From Camelus ferus (lineage: Eukaryota), in contig NC_045697.1 in NCBI RefSeq assembly GCF_009834535.1, positions 67,148,001-67,212,000 on the forward strand: DNA of 64,000 nucleotides, written 5' to 3'. The notes below the pieces were generated by a model. It did not search any database and was not told where the DNA came from. It saw nothing but the letters and a program-made list of their open reading frames with translations. Positions 12,276 to 25,245 of this stretch are shown in pieces; positions within the stretch are counted from its first letter, which is position 1, and each line of letters opens with the position of its first letter. The position numbers and the translations under genes were made by a program.

Positions 12276-13819
12276 TTAAAATCTAAAAAAAAAAAGTTCC
12301 TATTCAACAAAGCTGTCATTTATTTATAGCAAATTCTTACCATGTCCCTTATGTGCTTCACTGAAATAAAAGGATCATAAATTGGTTAATAACAAAATTG
12401 TTACTCAAATATCTTATATTTTGCTGCCAACAGTACAGAGCATTTGGAACTTAACCCCTATTATGTTCTTCAAAATATAATCTGATAGACTCACCCGATA
12501 GTAATTAATGATAAATCTTCTTCTTTTATGGTTTGACTTTTGCTTCACAAGTTGACTTAAAATTTCCCCTTGGAACTTGTGATCAGGGACCTGTTGTACC
12601 ATAAATATCTGAAACATGATTTTAATACAGATACGCTTGCCTAAGATTTCTGCACTGTCCTTACCCATGGAAACCGGGGTCTGGGGTCCTGTTTTATTTT
12701 AACATCTATGAATGGGAAGTTCATCTGTGACTATCAAAGTTCTCACTATATAGCTGAGGAAAATATTCTCTTTTACTCTCTTGAAAGCTTGCTGTCTCTT
12801 TGCGCTTTATGAACAATGTATTGTATTCTCTCCTCTTTATGCTGGGAAATGTCCCTGCATTTATCTTCAGATTTCATGAAAAGAGAAAATTCCATTTAGA
12901 ATTCATGTCTTTAACAATGGTTTAATTTTCTTTCATTTTCTCCTGATATAGGTATAACTTTATGTTAAATTGAGGTGACCTATTCTTAAGTATGTATTTT
13001 CAAGAAAGCTATCAAAAGATAAAGTCTTACTAGAGATAGTCACATGCAGACAGATTTTCAAATCAGTGACCTATGCTGAAATTACTCCAGAAACATTAAG
13101 ATCTCCACTTTTCTGTGACATATTCCAAGTCGAACATCAGGTGCACTGAAAACTTCTACATGGGGGAGGCAGTAGCCATTAATGACTTAATTATGAGAGA
13201 GTGAGGTCAGGACAGAGTCTCAGAATGGCAGAATTCTGGAAGGGAAATGTTTATTAGGATAATAGCTCCCACCTGACAATCTGTTTCTCTTCAAGGTCTA
13301 ACTCCCTGGCATAGATCACAGAGTTTTCCAACCCTGATAGGCTACCAAGACAAAACACATTTTTCCTCAGCCGTCATTTTTTTCTGGGTTGGAGACAATG
13401 ATATTTCATATAATCAAATTCCTTACTTACATCACCTAAACCTTCAGTGATAAAATCTTCCCTCAATGGTTCTGTAATTGATATTTTCCTTTCATTCAGA
13501 AAGCATTTGTATTATTATTTTCCCCCACTTGTGTTTATGTTGCACAAAAATGTGCTTACATTCCTCGGAGTTGATTCAACTTCTGTGACTGGCCCTCTGC
13601 TACAAAGTTGAGATGCAGTCAAACTGGGCTTTACGTATCTACATACATACACACACGTACACATACACACATTTTTGGTCACACATATAGTTTTGAAAAC
13701 ACATGGAATAACTGGATAAAAGCCAATACTTGAAGAACCAGAAAATGTAGAAACAGAAATCCATAATTATATATGAATGGAAGTATAAAATAAAAATAAT
13801 GAATAATAAAAAACACTTA

Positions 13820-14030
13820 GAAAAACATATGAATTTTAATGTAAAGCTCATTAAATTTCATAACTTGAATCCATTTGCCCATCCAGCACCAGAGCAAGAA
13901 AGAAGACTTTACCAGAATCCTAGAAGCCCCGTCATGCTGTCTTCAAGTCGCTACTCACCACCCGCAAGTGTAACCACTGTTCTGACTTCTAATACCACAG
14001 ATTAGTTTCCCCTGTCTGTTACTTTTTGTT
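13820..14030 (-). mobile_element. Ancient L1 (L1MD/L1ME-like) 3' fragment
   Basis: taccagaatcctagaagcccc...gtaaccactgttctgacttctaataccacagattagttt is typical of reversed L1M 3' UTR. Confidence 0.7.
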
Positions 14031-14349
14031 TGCTTTACAGAGCCCTGGTTTATTAAACACCCATTTATCTGTATCTGTATCATGAAGCTCATTCCTGGTG
14101 AAGGCGTTCCCACCTCCTCGTCCTTACAACAGCCTGCTCTGCATGCTAACAAGCCGCTCCATCTGGGAGTCACCCTGGGGTTCCACCTCCTGCTCTGTTC
14201 ACTCGGAGATGAGGTCAAATGTCTCTGCTTTCCCGAAGATAAAGCCATAATCTAAGTTTAAATTAAGAGGTATCTTTATATCTCTGTGCTCTGAAAACTG
14301 ACTTAAAGATGGTAAGAAACTTCAGGGACCCCATGAAAAATCCGTGATT

Positions 14350-14520
14350 GAAGAGAACACGGGAGAACAGAGAATATGAATCAGAGACCCATTTTGGGTC
14401 TTGCTTCAGTCATTTCCTTGTCTTTGCTCCATCTCTCAATCTATAAAGAGGCAGTAACAATGACACCCAACTTGAAGAGTTGCTGAATTAAATGATTGCA
14501 CATATTAAAAATACAAGTGG
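14350..14520 (+). mobile_element. MIR fragment (degenerate)
   Basis: ctcaatctataaagaggcagtaacaa...gagttgctgaattaaatga. Confidence 0.45.
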
Positions 14521-15561
14521 TGCTGGTGAATCCTACACACCAGGCCCTTTCTCTTCACTTTCGTTCTATGACATTCGGGATACTCAAAACCAAAAACAAA
14601 AACAGAGCATCTTGCTCCCAGGATACCTCTATGGTCAGTATTAATTTTTCATGTGATTAATTTGTTGTTTTAATTCTCTCAGTGCTTGACCCTGAATCAA
14701 AACTATTATCAGCAGCTTCATTCCCTGAATTGGCGACATAATCACTAATGATAACAAAGTCTCCACTGCATTTTTTAGAGGAATCGAGTGTTTTTAAAGT
14801 CCATGTAATTATGCCAGACACGCATTATGTTTCCCTGCATTATTACATACTACCGAGTACTGGTCAAGATCCCTAGTCAGATAAGCAAATACTTCTGAAT
14901 AAAGACCACATGACACACACTGTAGTAACTTAAGGGGGCCCATTTTATTCACTTCTATTAATATTCAGTAACCTAAGTCAGTTTGTCTAAATTTTTACTT
15001 CAAACATATCATTTGATCTCACTCCATTTCTTGGCCTTTCCTTTTAAACACATCCTTTCTGGAATTAGAGAACTTCCCTCCGGGCTCATTGCAGATTTCT
15101 CCAGTAATGAGCCCTATTTTCAGCGGTTAGTCATGCTCTCTTCCTTCAGATCTCTGATACATGGATTAGCTTCTCAGTAAATATTTCTGTTTGAAAGCAG
15201 TTGGTCTCCAGTCTTTGTAAAATCTTAAAAAGGCCTGGCATATACCATCTCCACAGGGTACTTTGCCATTGTAAAAGGAATGGCAGTTTGGAGATGACAG
15301 GCAGTGAGTTATTTTCTTTGCCCCAGAAGGTGATGGGCGATTACAGATAAAAACATCACACAAATTACATAAAATCTTGCATAACCAAGTGAAATAATAT
15401 AACTTTTAGAACTGGAGTGTCCATTAGTTTTGTTAGGGAACATTTCCTTTACTCTCTATCACCTTTCCTAAATTTAAAAACACAAATTCATATTTTGATA
15501 GAATTTCTAAAATGTTATGATTTCTTCATATGCTACAAAGACCCATACATCTCACATTAAC

Positions 15562-15591
15562 CAAAACAAAACAAAACAAAACAAAACAAAA
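15562..15591. repeat. (CAAAA)6 microsatellite
   Basis: Directly visible. Confidence 0.95.
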
Positions 15592-15644
15592 CCCCCACAT
15601 ACACCAGAAAGTCCTATATCACATAAAAATTGCACAGGCTGAAA

Positions 15645-15790
15645 AGCAGCTGATGTAATAAGAGCCCCAGTTTTAGAACCAGGTCTGAGTTCCAAGTTCA
15701 CGGCCCTTCCCAGCTGTAGGAACTTGGGTGAATTTCTCATATCCTTGTTCATAAAATAGAATAGTGAGACTTGAATTGCAATTGGGATGA
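15645..15790 (+). mobile_element. MIR fragment
   Basis: gtctgagttccaag...ccagctgtaggaacttgggtgaattt. Confidence 0.5.
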
Positions 15791-15807
15791 ATGCTAGATC
15801 TCTAGTT

Positions 15808-16002
15808 GCTTCCACCATGTGAGGACACAGGGAGAAGATGCCAGCTATGAACCAAGAAGAAGGCCCTTATTATCTGACCATGCTGGTTCCTTGATCTTGG
15901 ACTTCCAACCTCCAAAACTATAAAAAATAAATTTCTGTTGTTTACAAGCCACCACTTAGTCTGTGGTATTTCGTTATAGCAGTCCCAACAGACTAAGAGA
16001 CA
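15808..16002 (+). mobile_element. MaLR LTR 3' half (MLT1A/MLT1A0-like)
   Basis: ccaccatgtgaggacacag...ccttgatcttggacttccaacctcca...aataaatttctgttgttt...gttatagcag...gactaaga. Confidence 0.85.
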
Positions 16003-16809
16003 GCTTTATTCTTATGTCTATTTGTATGCAGACTTAGAGAAATTTTTATTTTCCAGGTCATTTTTGACTTTAAATATCTCCCCCATTATCTTTATATGTA
16101 CATTCTTTCTTTCCATGTGTTTCTAGTTTTGGTTAAGAAACTGCGATCACTGTTCCTGTGTGAGCTTATATGATATGGAATTTTAGACCACTGGCTGGAT
16201 CCCTCGTGTATGATTAAAGATCACATCAGAAGCAAGAGATCCGTTTTGTACTCTGTGATAGGAGAAAGAAAGTCAGTCACCCTTAGGATGAATGACTGCT
16301 CAGCCCTGTATTCAAGGCATCACACTAAGAAACTGAGGTTTTACAGAGATTCTCCTTAGGCCTGTTTTCCTAATGCAGCTCTATGGGGCTGGAAAAAACT
16401 CCTGAGACTGTTCTCTGCTTCCTGAAACTGTCATGGAACATCAGAGTTTTAATCATCCTTCAGGAGGGAGTGGAATACAAGCCCAAACTGGACTTGGGGG
16501 TGCTAAATATAGAGGTTCCCTGAGTTGTCCAACCAGGGCACTGGGGGGTGTTTAAGGGACAGTCAGCCACTGACAGACTCCGTGAGACAATGATAGAGGT
16601 GAGAAACTGAAGTACTTGCCAACATACCCTATAGGAGTTGCTGAGAGACCCAGGAAATGGCATTAATTTGACAAAGCGTAGACATTAGAATCTAAGGAGG
16701 CGTGGAGGACCTCTAGATTACCAAACAATGTACACAGCACAGGGCACTTCTTAAGCGGAAGGCGGATCACAGTAAAGGGCTGTTCCACCAACTCTGGTTT
16801 ATGGAATCA

Positions 16810-16985
16810 GAGGATTTCAGTCCTGGCTGCCCACTGGAATCTCCTGGGGAACTTCTACCAAGCATGGATGCTAGGTTCCACCCCAATGAATCTGATTGTT
16901 TGGATGGCAGCCCAAGGCTGAGTATTTTTAAAAGCTTCCTCTAGATAGTACTAATATGCAGCCAGGATGGGGATCCTGTAGTACA
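16810..16985. mobile_element. MER5-type hAT-Charlie MITE
   Basis: cctggctgcccactggaatctcctgggga...ccacccca...tctgatt...ttttaaaagcttcc...ctaatatgcagccagg, the quasi-palindromic MER5 pattern. Confidence 0.75.
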
Positions 16986-17262
16986 AACCACAGCAGAGGA
17001 TAAAAACTATGCTATCATTTGAGTGGACAATATTTTCCCCCTCAGTTACCTAAATGTATATTTGAAACAATATGGAGGCTCAGACCTTAACAACTACAAT
17101 ACTCAATGGAAGGTCTGAAATGCCAAATGAACTGCGTTTAACAGAGATATGAGTCCTCCTAGTCTAAGGAATAGCTTAGTTTACAAGAGACCCAAGGATG
17201 TGGATGTATTTTCCACCCAGAAACCTTCCCTCCCCTGAAAAAAGAAATATACTTTTCATGGA

Positions 17263-17740
17263 TATGATGGTTACTTTTATGTATCAACTAGAGTGCCCAG
17301 GTATTTGGTTAAATGTTATGTTGGATGTGTCTGTGATGGCATTTCTGGATGACATTAACATTTGCATCAGCAGAGGGAGACTGAGTAAAGCAGGTTGCCT
17401 TCCCCAAGGTCAGTGGGCCTTATCTAATCCTTTGAAGGCCTGAATAGAACAAAAAGGCTGAGTAAGGGAGAATTCATTGGCTCTCTCTGCCTATCGTGGA
17501 GCTGGTACATCAGTCTTCTCCTGCCTCTACCCTCAGACTTGGGCTGGAACTTATAACACTGACTTTCCTGCTTCTCAAGCCTTCAGATCCAGTCGGGGAC
17601 TTTAGTAACAGCTCTCCTGGGTCTCCAGCGTGCTTACTGTAGATCTGAGGATCTAGTCTCCATAATCATGTGAGCTAATTCCTTATAATAAATCCTTTTT
17701 TATATATTAGTTCTGTTTCTCTGGAGAATTCTGACACACA
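17263..17740 (+). mobile_element. ERVL solo LTR (MLT2B-like), near full length
   Basis: tgatggttacttttatgtatcaact...gactgagtaaagcag...gaaggcctgaatagaacaaaaaggctga...ccataatcatgtgagc...gttctgtttctctggagaa. Confidence 0.9.
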
Positions 17741-18930
17741 ATGAGGCTTCCATTTATTACTTCTGAAATACATTGTTACTTTAGGCAACAGTTGCCTAAA
17801 AATACTAGTTGCCATGTCCTCAGAAATGAGCAATAAATGCTACCATTTCCATGTATATACAATGGCATATGGCTGAGAATTTTCCCCAAGATCACCCCCT
17901 GTCATTTTTCTGCCATTGCACACAGCCTGCTTGTTATGCCTCAGAGGGAAGGAAAAAAAAAAGCATGTTAAGATGACCACAATGGAATTTGCTGGAATAG
18001 CAGCAGGGAGTTCCAGCAGTTCCCACAAGCCAGCCCTTTATAAGCACCAGCCCATCACTGCCTTGTTTTCAAGACCTCCTGCTAATAGTCGATGCCTGGG
18101 CTTGGTTCTGGTCTATTAGACTGTCCACTGGCAAAGAACTCAAGTTCCATTCAGGCATAATGAATCATCAGTCTCACACTAGCAAATAATTCACCCAGAC
18201 TCCCTTCTGTCTTCCCTTCTTTGACAGTTCATCTCCTGTCAAGTGAACTAAAAAGGGTATTAATGTTTTTCATTTTGTAACTGCTAGAGTCAAACAAGCA
18301 CTTTTCATATTACCTTTAACTCTTTCTCTTTATTTTTATAAATACTCACTCCTTAACTCTACCAATATAAATGCATATATGCATAGTGATGTGTATTTTT
18401 CTCCACCCATTATGTTAGTAAGGCAACTGCCCACTAGAAATCTTAAACACAATTAGAATTTTAAGTTGGTAGAATATGGCTTCAGTATAAAAAATGACAG
18501 TGATAAGCTTTTCTCATTTCAACAGTCAGATACAGTCCTGTTCAAAGAATAAATAAAATAAAGCTTAGAAAAAGATCCATTTATGGTTTTGTATTCTATT
18601 ATGAATTCTATAATTCTCAAAAGCTACCTTAAACAATCAGCCCAATCAGGCCTCTGCTGACTGTAGGTTCCCTCCCCTTGATACAATCTCTCAGGAGAGT
18701 AAATATACCCCAGGTTTGCCTTTGATCTCTCAGTTTTACTGTTTTTAACCTGCACCCCATTAAGCATGGGGCAAGTCTTTGTATGACGAATTTCAGCGAT
18801 ATCCTCAGAAACAAGGGAAAAGGCAGTAAGGAAAAAATAAAAGAAAACATGTTTCTTAAAGAATAATAAATGACAAACAAATTAACTATACAAAGGGAAT
18901 GAGATTCTCAATACAGTTCTGAGGGGCATC

Positions 18931-19382
18931 CCATTCATTCATTCATTCATTCATTCATATTCTAACATGCAGGCACCACTCTAGGCACTGGGGTTAAAAT
19001 GGTGAACTGAACAGAGTCCTTGCCATTTTGCAGCTTACATTCTAGTAGGAAGAGCAACCAGTACTTAGGCAGAACCAATAACCAGTATATTTATTAGTAT
19101 ATCAAAGAGTGGTAAGTGCCATGGAGACAAATAAAACAGGGTGACAAAGAAGAGCCTCTCTAACAAGGAGACCTAAAGGAAGTGAGGGAGTGAGCCAGGC
19201 AGGAGAGTCTATGTTAGGCTTTGTGGTTCATAGTAAGGACACTGATTTTCCCTTTGAGTGAAATAGGGAGCCGTTTCATGACTGCAAGCAGAAGAGTGAC
19301 ATGATCTGACATATTAAAGGATCGTTTTGCTGTTCTGCTGAGGTTGTCTTGTAGCAAGGATGGGTTTGGTCTTCCAAACTAG
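18931..19382 (-). mobile_element. L2 LINE 3' portion (interrupted by an LTR)
   Basis: (CATT)n tail, then caggcaccactctaggcactgggg...agcttacattctagt...gagtgacatgatctgac. Confidence 0.85.
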
Positions 19383-19789
19383 TGTGGAAGACATGATTAG
19401 TACTCGGGAGTTCCCCAAGCCCTTTTTCTGCCTGGGCACACAAGAGGTACATTTCCCAGCTCCTCTGCAGTGAGGCGGGGCCACAAGACTGGTGCTGGAT
19501 GATGAAACGTGAGCAATAGTGACCTGTGTCACTCTTCTGCTGCAGCTCTAGGGCTCTCCAGTCTTTCTCTTCCCCTACTGCCTCAGCCAGCGACCCTGTG
19601 AACGGGGCAACCTCCCTCAGCCCTGATCCCTGAATGACTGTAAGAAGCTCCCCCCAGCCCCCTTCATCTTGTCAAAATAAAGTCGACATTTGTGAATAAG
19701 ATATATGATTTTATTTTGGTGTTAAGCCACTGAGGTTTGGAGAGTTGAGAGTTATTGCTGCAAAAGCCTACTCTGTTCTGATGAAATCA
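19383..19789 (+). mobile_element. MaLR solo LTR (MLT1I/J-like) nested in L2
   Basis: TG...CA ends. Contains tacatttcccagc, gtgagcaatagtgacctgtgtcact and tgttaagccactgag. Flanks are actag (19378-19382) and tctag (19790-19794), a 4/5 TSD match. Confidence 0.8.
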
Positions 19790-19910
19790 TCTAGTTAGGA
19801 AGTGATTACAAATGACTCATTCTAGACATCACGGTGGCTTACACCAAGGTGAAAGGGGTGGAGATGAGATTCTGGATAAATTTTGAAGGTAAAGCCAAAC
19901 CATTTGATAC
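19790..19910 (-). mobile_element. L2 continuation after the nested LTR
   Basis: ctagttagga...ggtggctt...agattctggataaattttgaaggtaaagcc continues the L2 consensus from where it was interrupted. Confidence 0.7.
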
Positions 19911-21489
19911 ATTTCTGTTATCTTGATAAGAAATTATTTTTAAACTTGAAAACACTTTCTAAACTTGTCTTTAGTTATAAAATGTTTGGCAAATGACAAA
20001 TATATCCATCTAAGCATATATAATCTTTTTGGGCTGATGTAACGTAATTCCTATAAGTGGTCTCAAAACAAATACAGTGATGAATATCTCACATTTGTAT
20101 TCTGCCTTCTTTTCTCTAGTCTGAGCATATATTTTGAAAAAAATACATAAATTTCCATTTAATGGAATATGGTATGCTATTAATTACATATTCTGGCAAC
20201 AATTTCCAATAAAAAGACATAATTAAAAAAAAAAAACACCTCACTGCACTAAACTGCATTGGGAATTACCAGATATCTTATCCTGAGACAAAATATGACA
20301 ATGTCTATTATAGTGATATTAAATGAGTTGTGTTTCAAATTGTACCTGAAGTTAAATATCATAATCTATTTATTTAGCAAACATGTAGTAAGGAAACAAT
20401 GATGTGTGAGAATCTATGCTAGGCACTTTAATCATGATAGTTACGGTCAAATAAAGAAATTACTGAACTTTCTAAGATCAGTGTCTATAGCCCTAAGTGT
20501 CCACTTCATCATGTTTTGAAAAACACAATGTATAAGGACATTCATGTGGTCCCAAAGTAAATTAACAATGTTGTAACATATAATAGAGCCTCCCTCCCCA
20601 CAAATTAGTGGAATACTCATATTTTCTATGCATTTCACAATGTAAGTACTTAAGACAGAATGGTTACCATACTGATGATTAGAAAGTGATCGTAAATTAA
20701 TAGAAAACAGACATGCAATGTATCTTGACTTTTAGGTATTTTTAAAGGGGAAAAGAAAAGGAGACATTGTTTTGATAAAAGCTTGTTATTTTCTCCTATA
20801 ATTCATTTTGACATTAAATCTCAGCTATGGCTTTGAAGGGTCAAGGCCATCAGGTAGGGTTCTGTAAACTACATTTCTGCTTTACCCTAATGGTCACTTT
20901 TATGAATAATACTAGTAACAGAATAAACACAGGTTCAAACATGCATTTAATTATACAATCTTCCAATATCTTTTCCATTAAGAATATTTTGATATTTAAG
21001 AAAATGTTAGATGACATTAAATGATTTTATAAATTTATATTGGAAATGAACTCTAAAAAATACTTTTCTGAAAAATATCAGGTTTCCTAAGGGGCAACCT
21101 TTTGCTGAAATATCTTTACCTGATCTAATCAGCTTTGATTTTCTTAAAAATCAGTCTTACCTTTTTAGTTTCTGATTTGTCCAAGTTCAAAATGTCAAAT
21201 ATACATAAAAGAAAATTAAATGTATAATTTCATAATTTATAACCATTACAGGAAGTTTTTATTATTTTAACCTAGTGTACAAAATGGTCCTGAAAATACT
21301 GCATGCTTACCATTGACAATATCCCCTTTGTCTAAGTTTTAGTGTGTATGCAAGCATCATTTTCTATGCTGTATTTTCCTAACCTATAAAAATAGACATT
21401 TCACCATCTACAGTCCCTTTCCTCTCTAACATTCTTTGACTCCAAATCCTTGCCATGTCAACACTTCCCTGGCATCCCTTGTTGACATT

Positions 21490-21943
21490 TCTACTGCAAC
21501 TGCCTTCATTTAGGCACTCACCAACCTAAACTTGAGTAACACAGTGGTCTCCCAGGCATATAATGTTCTTGTCTCTAATCTGGACTCATCCTCACTAGCC
21601 TCCACATGATTAGAGTTATCATTCTCAGTTACAAATCTGATCATCTGAGTTACTCTTTGGCTTAAAAAGTTTTTAATGTATTTCTTCTTCCAGATTCTGG
21701 AAGAACACAGGTGCCCCACCATCACATTTGAATGCTCCCCAACATGACCCTGGCCCCTAGGACACTTCTCTTTTATAGAATTTATCACACTGTAATATGA
21801 TGATTGATTTAAAGCCACCTTTCCCTCTAGACTCCTTGAGAGTAGGTAAAACGTTTGATTTGGGATCCTTTGTGTTTATCACATTGCTTGTACGTAGTAG
21901 GGAACAGTATGTGTTGGTAGGAAAAACAAAGAAGTGAATGAAT
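21490..21943 (+). mobile_element. L2 LINE 3' portion
   Basis: caaatctgatcat...ggcttaaaa...ctagactccttgagagtagg...gtgaatgaata. Confidence 0.7.
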
Positions 21944-23699
21944 AGACTTCCCTAATACTTGAATGCAAGGTTTTAATAAAGGACGGAAGTACCATATTCT
22001 CTAAGACTCTACAAATATTTATTCCCATTTCAAAATATGCCACAAATCTCTAGCACATATTTTGCCACAAGAGATACAAAAGGAAAATGCCATATAAACA
22101 TGAAACCCTATGGTATACTTTTTCATATTCATACATAAAATTACTTGTAAAACATTGCTTTTTTGCCTAATTTATTCTATTTAGACAAAGAAACCAGACT
22201 GGCTAGATTTATGAGGTGGTTAAACGTGCGATGTATTGATTTACACTATTATAAATACTTACATGCCACCAAAGTTTTTCATTTTAAGAAAAAAAAAACT
22301 ACAAATGTTAAATGATATATTAGAGAACTCTCTCCTACCACATCCTAGTTATTTTAAATGGAATCTAAATTTGGGGTCTAAATTAAGAGAATACATGTAA
22401 GTTTCACACAGCATAATTTAGAACAGGAAGTTTCCCTGGTAACCATATATAAGTTGGCAAGCAGCAAAAGAAACTATAGCCTTAGGTTCTTGTAAAGGAA
22501 CAGGAAGTATACTTTATGACCTTGAATTTGTTATTGGTTAACTCCTTCTTGCTTGTAATTTTAGGTTTGTCTTTTTCATTTAAATCAACTGTTTACAAGT
22601 AGGTAGAAGAGAATTTTAGTAAATCCCATCTCATATTCTTTAAAGCTTTTCAGATGTTCTGTGTGATAACCTTCCTTTTTTCTTCGATTAATACACTTGG
22701 CCAATCAATAAAGCAATCTTTAGCTTCCTTCAGTCAAACTACAGTGAGCGCAAATGACTTTTTAAATACCCTATCCTGGAAATGTTCTGGAAATAACCAT
22801 AAAGTCAACGGCAGGAATACTGATGTTAAACTTATTTCTTTATGTTCACATTAAAGAATGTCAAAAAACAATGTACCATTGAATGCAATATGCTGCTACT
22901 ATTATTCATATTATTATTATTATTATTCATAGTAACAAACAGAAATATGTTCTGAAGAGAATTTTCCATTACTTTACTTGATATAAACACAATTTAAAAA
23001 GATAAATGGATTACACTTTATACACTCCATAATAACAAAAATCTAGATCTTCCTAGCTTTGTTTTAGCAGACTTTTTAAAGAAATTTTTCTTAAATTAGT
23101 TATTTGCTAAGAGGCACATGTAGCATGTTTTTAAGTACTTCAACGTCAGTCCCTTGGTATCTGTAATTCCTTGCAACCAGTACTCTAATTATTATATATG
23201 ATTTAAGGAGAAAAATGCATGTACAAGCAAATTCTACTGTTAACAACAGGAACTCATAATACAAATTAATGGTAGCACATGCTCCTTAGTGGTTAATGTA
23301 ACATTTACAAAAGCTTTTTGTTAACTGTAGCAATATGCTGAAACTTCGGAACCATCTGGAAATAATTCTATTCACAGTCTCAGGAGGAAGCAAGGCTTGT
23401 TAGCACAGAATATTTCAAATATTTAGATAACTTTAGATAACGTTAGGTAAAGTAGCAGCTCACTCTCACATGGACATACATGCTCTCCTGCTTTCTGGGG
23501 TGTCCTCAGAAAAGATCAGTTAGAAAAATGAGAATCTGACTAAACTATGCCATTTGGCAGATATTTATTTATCATCTGCTACCTTATACTGTGTTATGCC
23601 CAAAGGGGATGAGGGCATACTATAATAAAAATGAGAGAATTCAGGAAAGGAAGGAGGTGTGGAAGGGAGAAGGGAGGAAGGAAAGTAGGAAGGAAATAA

Positions 23700-24405
23700 A
23701 TATGAAATATACTTTTCAAGATCTAAGAAGTTATCTCAGAGAGATGCAATAGTGATGCCTATTAAGAAAGCACAGGTCAATTTCTGGTGACAGGGCATTG
23801 TAAGCAGAAGAAGCAAAGGCTCTACATGGAAAGTACAGTGGTATTTATAAGGAACAAACAGCATGAAGGCAAGCGGAGCTCAGTGAGAGATGGTGAAGTG
23901 CTCAGTGAGAAAATAAGGAGTGGGGATGGGATGCAGAATTTGAGTCCATGGTGAGGAAAGAAGAGAAAAATCAAGAATTCTGTTATGGACAGCCTATTCC
24001 AAGTGGAAATATCAAGTATGCAGTTGAAAGTATGATTCTGGATTTCAGGGGGAAGGTCCAGGCTGAAATTTTCAATTTAGGAGGCATTGTCACACAGTTG
24101 AAATTGCAATCCACAAGACTAAGTGAAATTCCCTAACAAGATAATCAGAGACACAGAACATAACTGGAACAAATGTGTGTGGAAGCCCTAATCCATAGAT
24201 AAAGAAGAGAGAGGGACCCAAGATGGAGCCCTGAGACCTCAACACTTAAGAGTTCTGATGAAAATGGAGTCAGAAAAGGAGACTGAGAAGGACGTATCTG
24301 AGAGACAGAAAGATGAGGGGAAACATGGAGGTAGAATTTGATTTCACAGCAGTCAAAAGAAGTATTTTGAGAAGATGGAAGGAGTTACAACGGTCAAATT
24401 CAAAT
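23700..24405 (-). mobile_element. L2 LINE internal fragments
   Basis: ccaagtggaaatatcaagtatgcagttg...ggagccctgag...aaaggagactgagaagga. Confidence 0.7.
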
Positions 24406-25099
24406 ACAGCAAGTTACCAAAAGTCTCTACAGAAGTAACTCAAAGGAAAAAAGGCCATCAAAATGGGCCAGTGTTAAATATTTTCAACTTTTCAAGATAT
24501 TTCTGCCAATAAACGTCCTAAAGTTCATAATGAAAGAAGCATTCAACCACATTTTATTGCTTATCTGAATTGCTGATCCCACTGTGAACTTTTAATTAAT
24601 ACATAAAAGGAGCCCCTACATTAATTTATTCCAATCATTATAAAGTAATTAACATCTTGACAATGACTCAGATTCCACATGTCTATATCTATAAAATAAA
24701 GCATAATTAACACTTGTATTAGATTCATCATCTGTGTTTTAGTGAATGACCTTATTGCTTCAATAAAGCCTTACTGAAATGTCAGCATAACCACAAAGAT
24801 AAATGAAAAAGAAAATTATCATTCAGTAGTTATCTCTCAATAGTTTTCCTACTAAGGGCAAAATTGTGTATCTGAATATATTTATCCATTAGTCTTATTG
24901 ATTGCAAGAACATCTAAAAGATAGTCCATTAAGTCTCTGAAGTGTTTTAATTTGTGCTAAAGGATGAATAACAAAAATACTTTAAAAAAGGTAAAATATT
25001 CTGTAAATATAAAATGTTTTAAATTGAACAATTATTGAATTATTATATACCCAGGTAGGTCTCATTTCACTGTACTAGGTCAATTATAGAATATAATTT

Positions 25100-25245
25100 A
25101 TTTCTGTAATTATTATATATTTCCTGTTTCTCACACTGCATAAAAAGATTCTCACAGCAGAGACTAGGTTTATCTCCCCAATGCCAAGCTCATGGAACAG
25201 ATTAGGAACTTAATACATATCTGGTAGATGAACAATGAATAGGTA
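25100..25245 (+). mobile_element. L2 3' end
   Basis: gcagagact...tatctccccaatgccaagc...cttaatacatatctggtagatgaa. Confidence 0.55.
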
